64,000 nt of DNA. It comes from an uncultured Gammaproteobacteria bacterium. Its GTDB lineage: Bacteria > Patescibacteriota > Microgenomatia > UBA8517. The notes under the pieces were generated by a model that was not told the origin of the DNA, searched no databases, and saw only the letters and a program-made list of their open reading frames with translations. Both the position numbers and the translations under genes were made by a program. Positions 62,651-64,000 of the stretch are shown one piece after another; position 1 is the first letter of the stretch; each line of letters opens with the position of its first letter. The DNA lies in NCBI GenBank assembly GCA_964502815.1, contig CAZCXV010000002.1:22802-86801 (forward strand). Direction: 5' to 3'.

Positions 62651-64000
62651 TTAACCAGAAGACTGACCAACCAGATAGTTCTGAGCATTTTCCATAATTA
62701 CATCTCTTGGCTTAGCGCCATCTGATGGCCCAACAATCCCCGCCGCTTCCAGTTGATCAATAAGTCTGGCGGCTCTAGCGTAACCAACAGAAAGTCTTCT
62801 TTGAAGGAGGGATGCCGAGGCCTTGCCGCTTTGGGCAACGATTCTGACTGCCTCACCAAAACTTTCGTCGGCATTACCTTCCACGCCAGTTACCGGATTA
62901 CTGCCAGGTTTTGGCATAGAAACCACCTCTTCGGTGTATTGTGGATTTACCCCCTGGTTTTTAATAAACGAGATCAAATTAATAACATCACGATCTGAGA
63001 TATATGCTCCCTGAATACGCGTTGGCTTGGCAGCTTCTGGAGGAAGATATAACATATCCCCTTTACCCAAGAGTTTTTCGGCTCCTTGGGTATCAAGAAT
63101 AACTCTTGAGTCAATTAAAGATGCAACCGCAAAAGCAATACGCGAGGGGATATTTGCCTTAATGAGACCCGTAATTACATTAACCGAAGGCCTTTGAGTA
63201 GCAAGAACCATATGAATTCCCGTTGCCCGAGACATCTGGGCAATTCTAGTTATCGCATCTTCCACTTCAACTGGAGAAAGCAGCATTATATCTGCAAGTT
63301 CGTCTATAACAACCACTATATAGGGCATTGCCTGAAAGCCACTCATCTCATTATAAGAGGCTATATTTCTTGCCCCCACTTGAGCAAACAACTTATATCT
63401 TCTGTCCATTTCGGCCATTACCCAACGAAGAGCTGAAATAACTTTCTCGGCTTCAACAATGACGGGGGTCAAAAGGTGAGGAATGTTATTGTAGCCAGTT
63501 AGCTCCACCCTTTTTGGATCCACCAAAATTAACTTTACCTCAGAAGGCGAGGCTCGAAATAGTAGAGATGACAGGAAAGTATTTATGGCAACCGACTTAC
63601 CAGATCCAGTTTGGCCGGCAATAAGGACATGTGGCATTTTAGCAAGGTCGCCCACAACCGGCTTGCCACCAACATCAAGCCCTAAAGCAACAGATAATTT
63701 GGAAGGACTGTTGTGCATCGCTTCTGACTCCAAGATTTTCTTTAGAGGAACAAACTCTGGAGCCCGGTTGGGAAGTTCAATACCCACTAAGCTTCTGCCT
63801 GGAATTGGGGCTTCGATACGAATCGTTCCCGTAGAAGCCGCCAAGGCAAGCGCCATATCCCGGTCGAGACCGGTAATTTTTGAGAGTTTGGTTCCTAAAG
63901 CTACTTCCAAGGCGTATTGGGTAACTGCAGGACCAAGATTTACTTCAACTACGCGGGCTGTAACGCCAAAAGATTCCAAGGTCTGCTCAATAATAGCCGC
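62651..64000 (-). CDS. ftsK: DNA translocase FtsK/SpoIIIE (C-terminal motor and gamma domains; N-terminus beyond window end)
   Basis: Walker A AGQTGSGKSV, Walker B VVVIDELAD, and a C-terminal winged-helix gamma-like region (ESFGEAVRIVAQSGKASASLLQRRLSVGYARAARLIDQLE); ORF continues past position 64000. Confidence 0.85.
   Translation of the reverse strand, partial: AAIIEQTLESFGVTARVVEVNLGPAVTQYALEVALGTKLSKITGLDRDMALALAASTGTIRIEAPIPGRSLVGIELPNRAPEFVPLKKILESEAMHNSPSKLSVALGLDVGGKPVVGDLAKMPHVLIAGQTGSGKSVAINTFLSSLLFRASPSEVKLILVDPKRVELTGYNNIPHLLTPVIVEAEKVISALRWVMAEMDRRYKLFAQVGARNIASYNEMSGFQAMPYIVVVIDELADIMLLSPVEVEDAITRIAQMSRATGIHMVLATQRPSVNVITGLIKANIPSRIAFAVASLIDSRVILDTQGAEKLLGKGDMLYLPPEAAKPTRIQGAYISDRDVINLISFIKNQGVNPQYTEEVVSMPKPGSNPVTGVEGNADESFGEAVRIVAQSGKASASLLQRRLSVGYARAARLIDQLEAAGIVGPSDGAKPRDVIMENAQNYLVGQSSG

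Noticed and set aside
1-64000. CRISPR arrays, rRNA genes, transposases, integrases and phage genes
   Set aside because: No regularly spaced direct repeats, no rRNA-like conserved blocks, and no ORF with DDE, tyrosine or serine recombinase motifs were seen. The insertions found (restriction-modification module, tuf-fusA island) lack recognisable mobility genes within the window.

Overview
This 64-kb window reads like a low-GC, compact genome of the CPR/Patescibacteria type. That lineage call is an inference only. It rests on tightly packed, mostly minus-strand genes, no L30 gene between rpsE and rplO, a ~290-nt RNase P RNA, an AlaRS lacking the C-Ala domain, an RNase Y lacking an N-terminal anchor, a sortase and giant ORFs.

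The core is a fused rpoBC-str-S10-spc-alpha ribosomal supercluster, all on the minus strand. Its order is rpoB, rpoC, rpsL, rpsG, fusA, tuf, rpsJ, rplC through rplO, secY, adk, map, infA, rpmJ, rpsM, rpsK, rpsD, rpoA, rplQ, rplM, rpsI. Several non-ribosomal insertions interrupt it:
- A type II restriction-modification module sits between rplO and secY: an HTH-fused C5 cytosine methyltransferase and a convergent putative restriction endonuclease.
- A 141-aa orphan ORF sits between rpsJ and rplC.
- A four-gene island sits between tuf and fusA: a 404-aa unknown, a family III CoA-transferase, a GNAT acyltransferase and a YecM-like protein.
- Three tandem small hydrophobic peptide genes lie between rpsG and fusA, under a consensus promoter.
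- A 2-hydroxyacid dehydrogenase and a 201-aa unknown separate adk from secY.

Other content: the first ~12 kb carries DUF3048 and DUF4446 proteins, an FeS-less Nth-like glycosylase, a dCMP-deaminase-like gene, dtd, rnpB, an AI-2E transporter, miaA, a three-gene ABC-2 transporter, hup, rny, and recA with an unknown gene then recX. Further along are tsaC with no canonical start codon, a tRNA-Pro(GGG), a VIT1-family gene, and a conserved alaS/ruvX/mltG neighbourhood. That neighbourhood is split by a sortase, a 1440-aa cytoplasmic giant protein and a 760-aa membrane protein with a degenerate actin-like N-domain; it is the best candidate for an undescribed system. The window ends with RodZ-like and DUF948-like genes and a partial ftsK.

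Three essential genes (rplC, rpoB, fusA) each have a consensus-like promoter followed by a terminator hairpin and U-tract just upstream of the start codon. These are candidate leader attenuators. No CRISPR array, rRNA or obvious transposase was seen.
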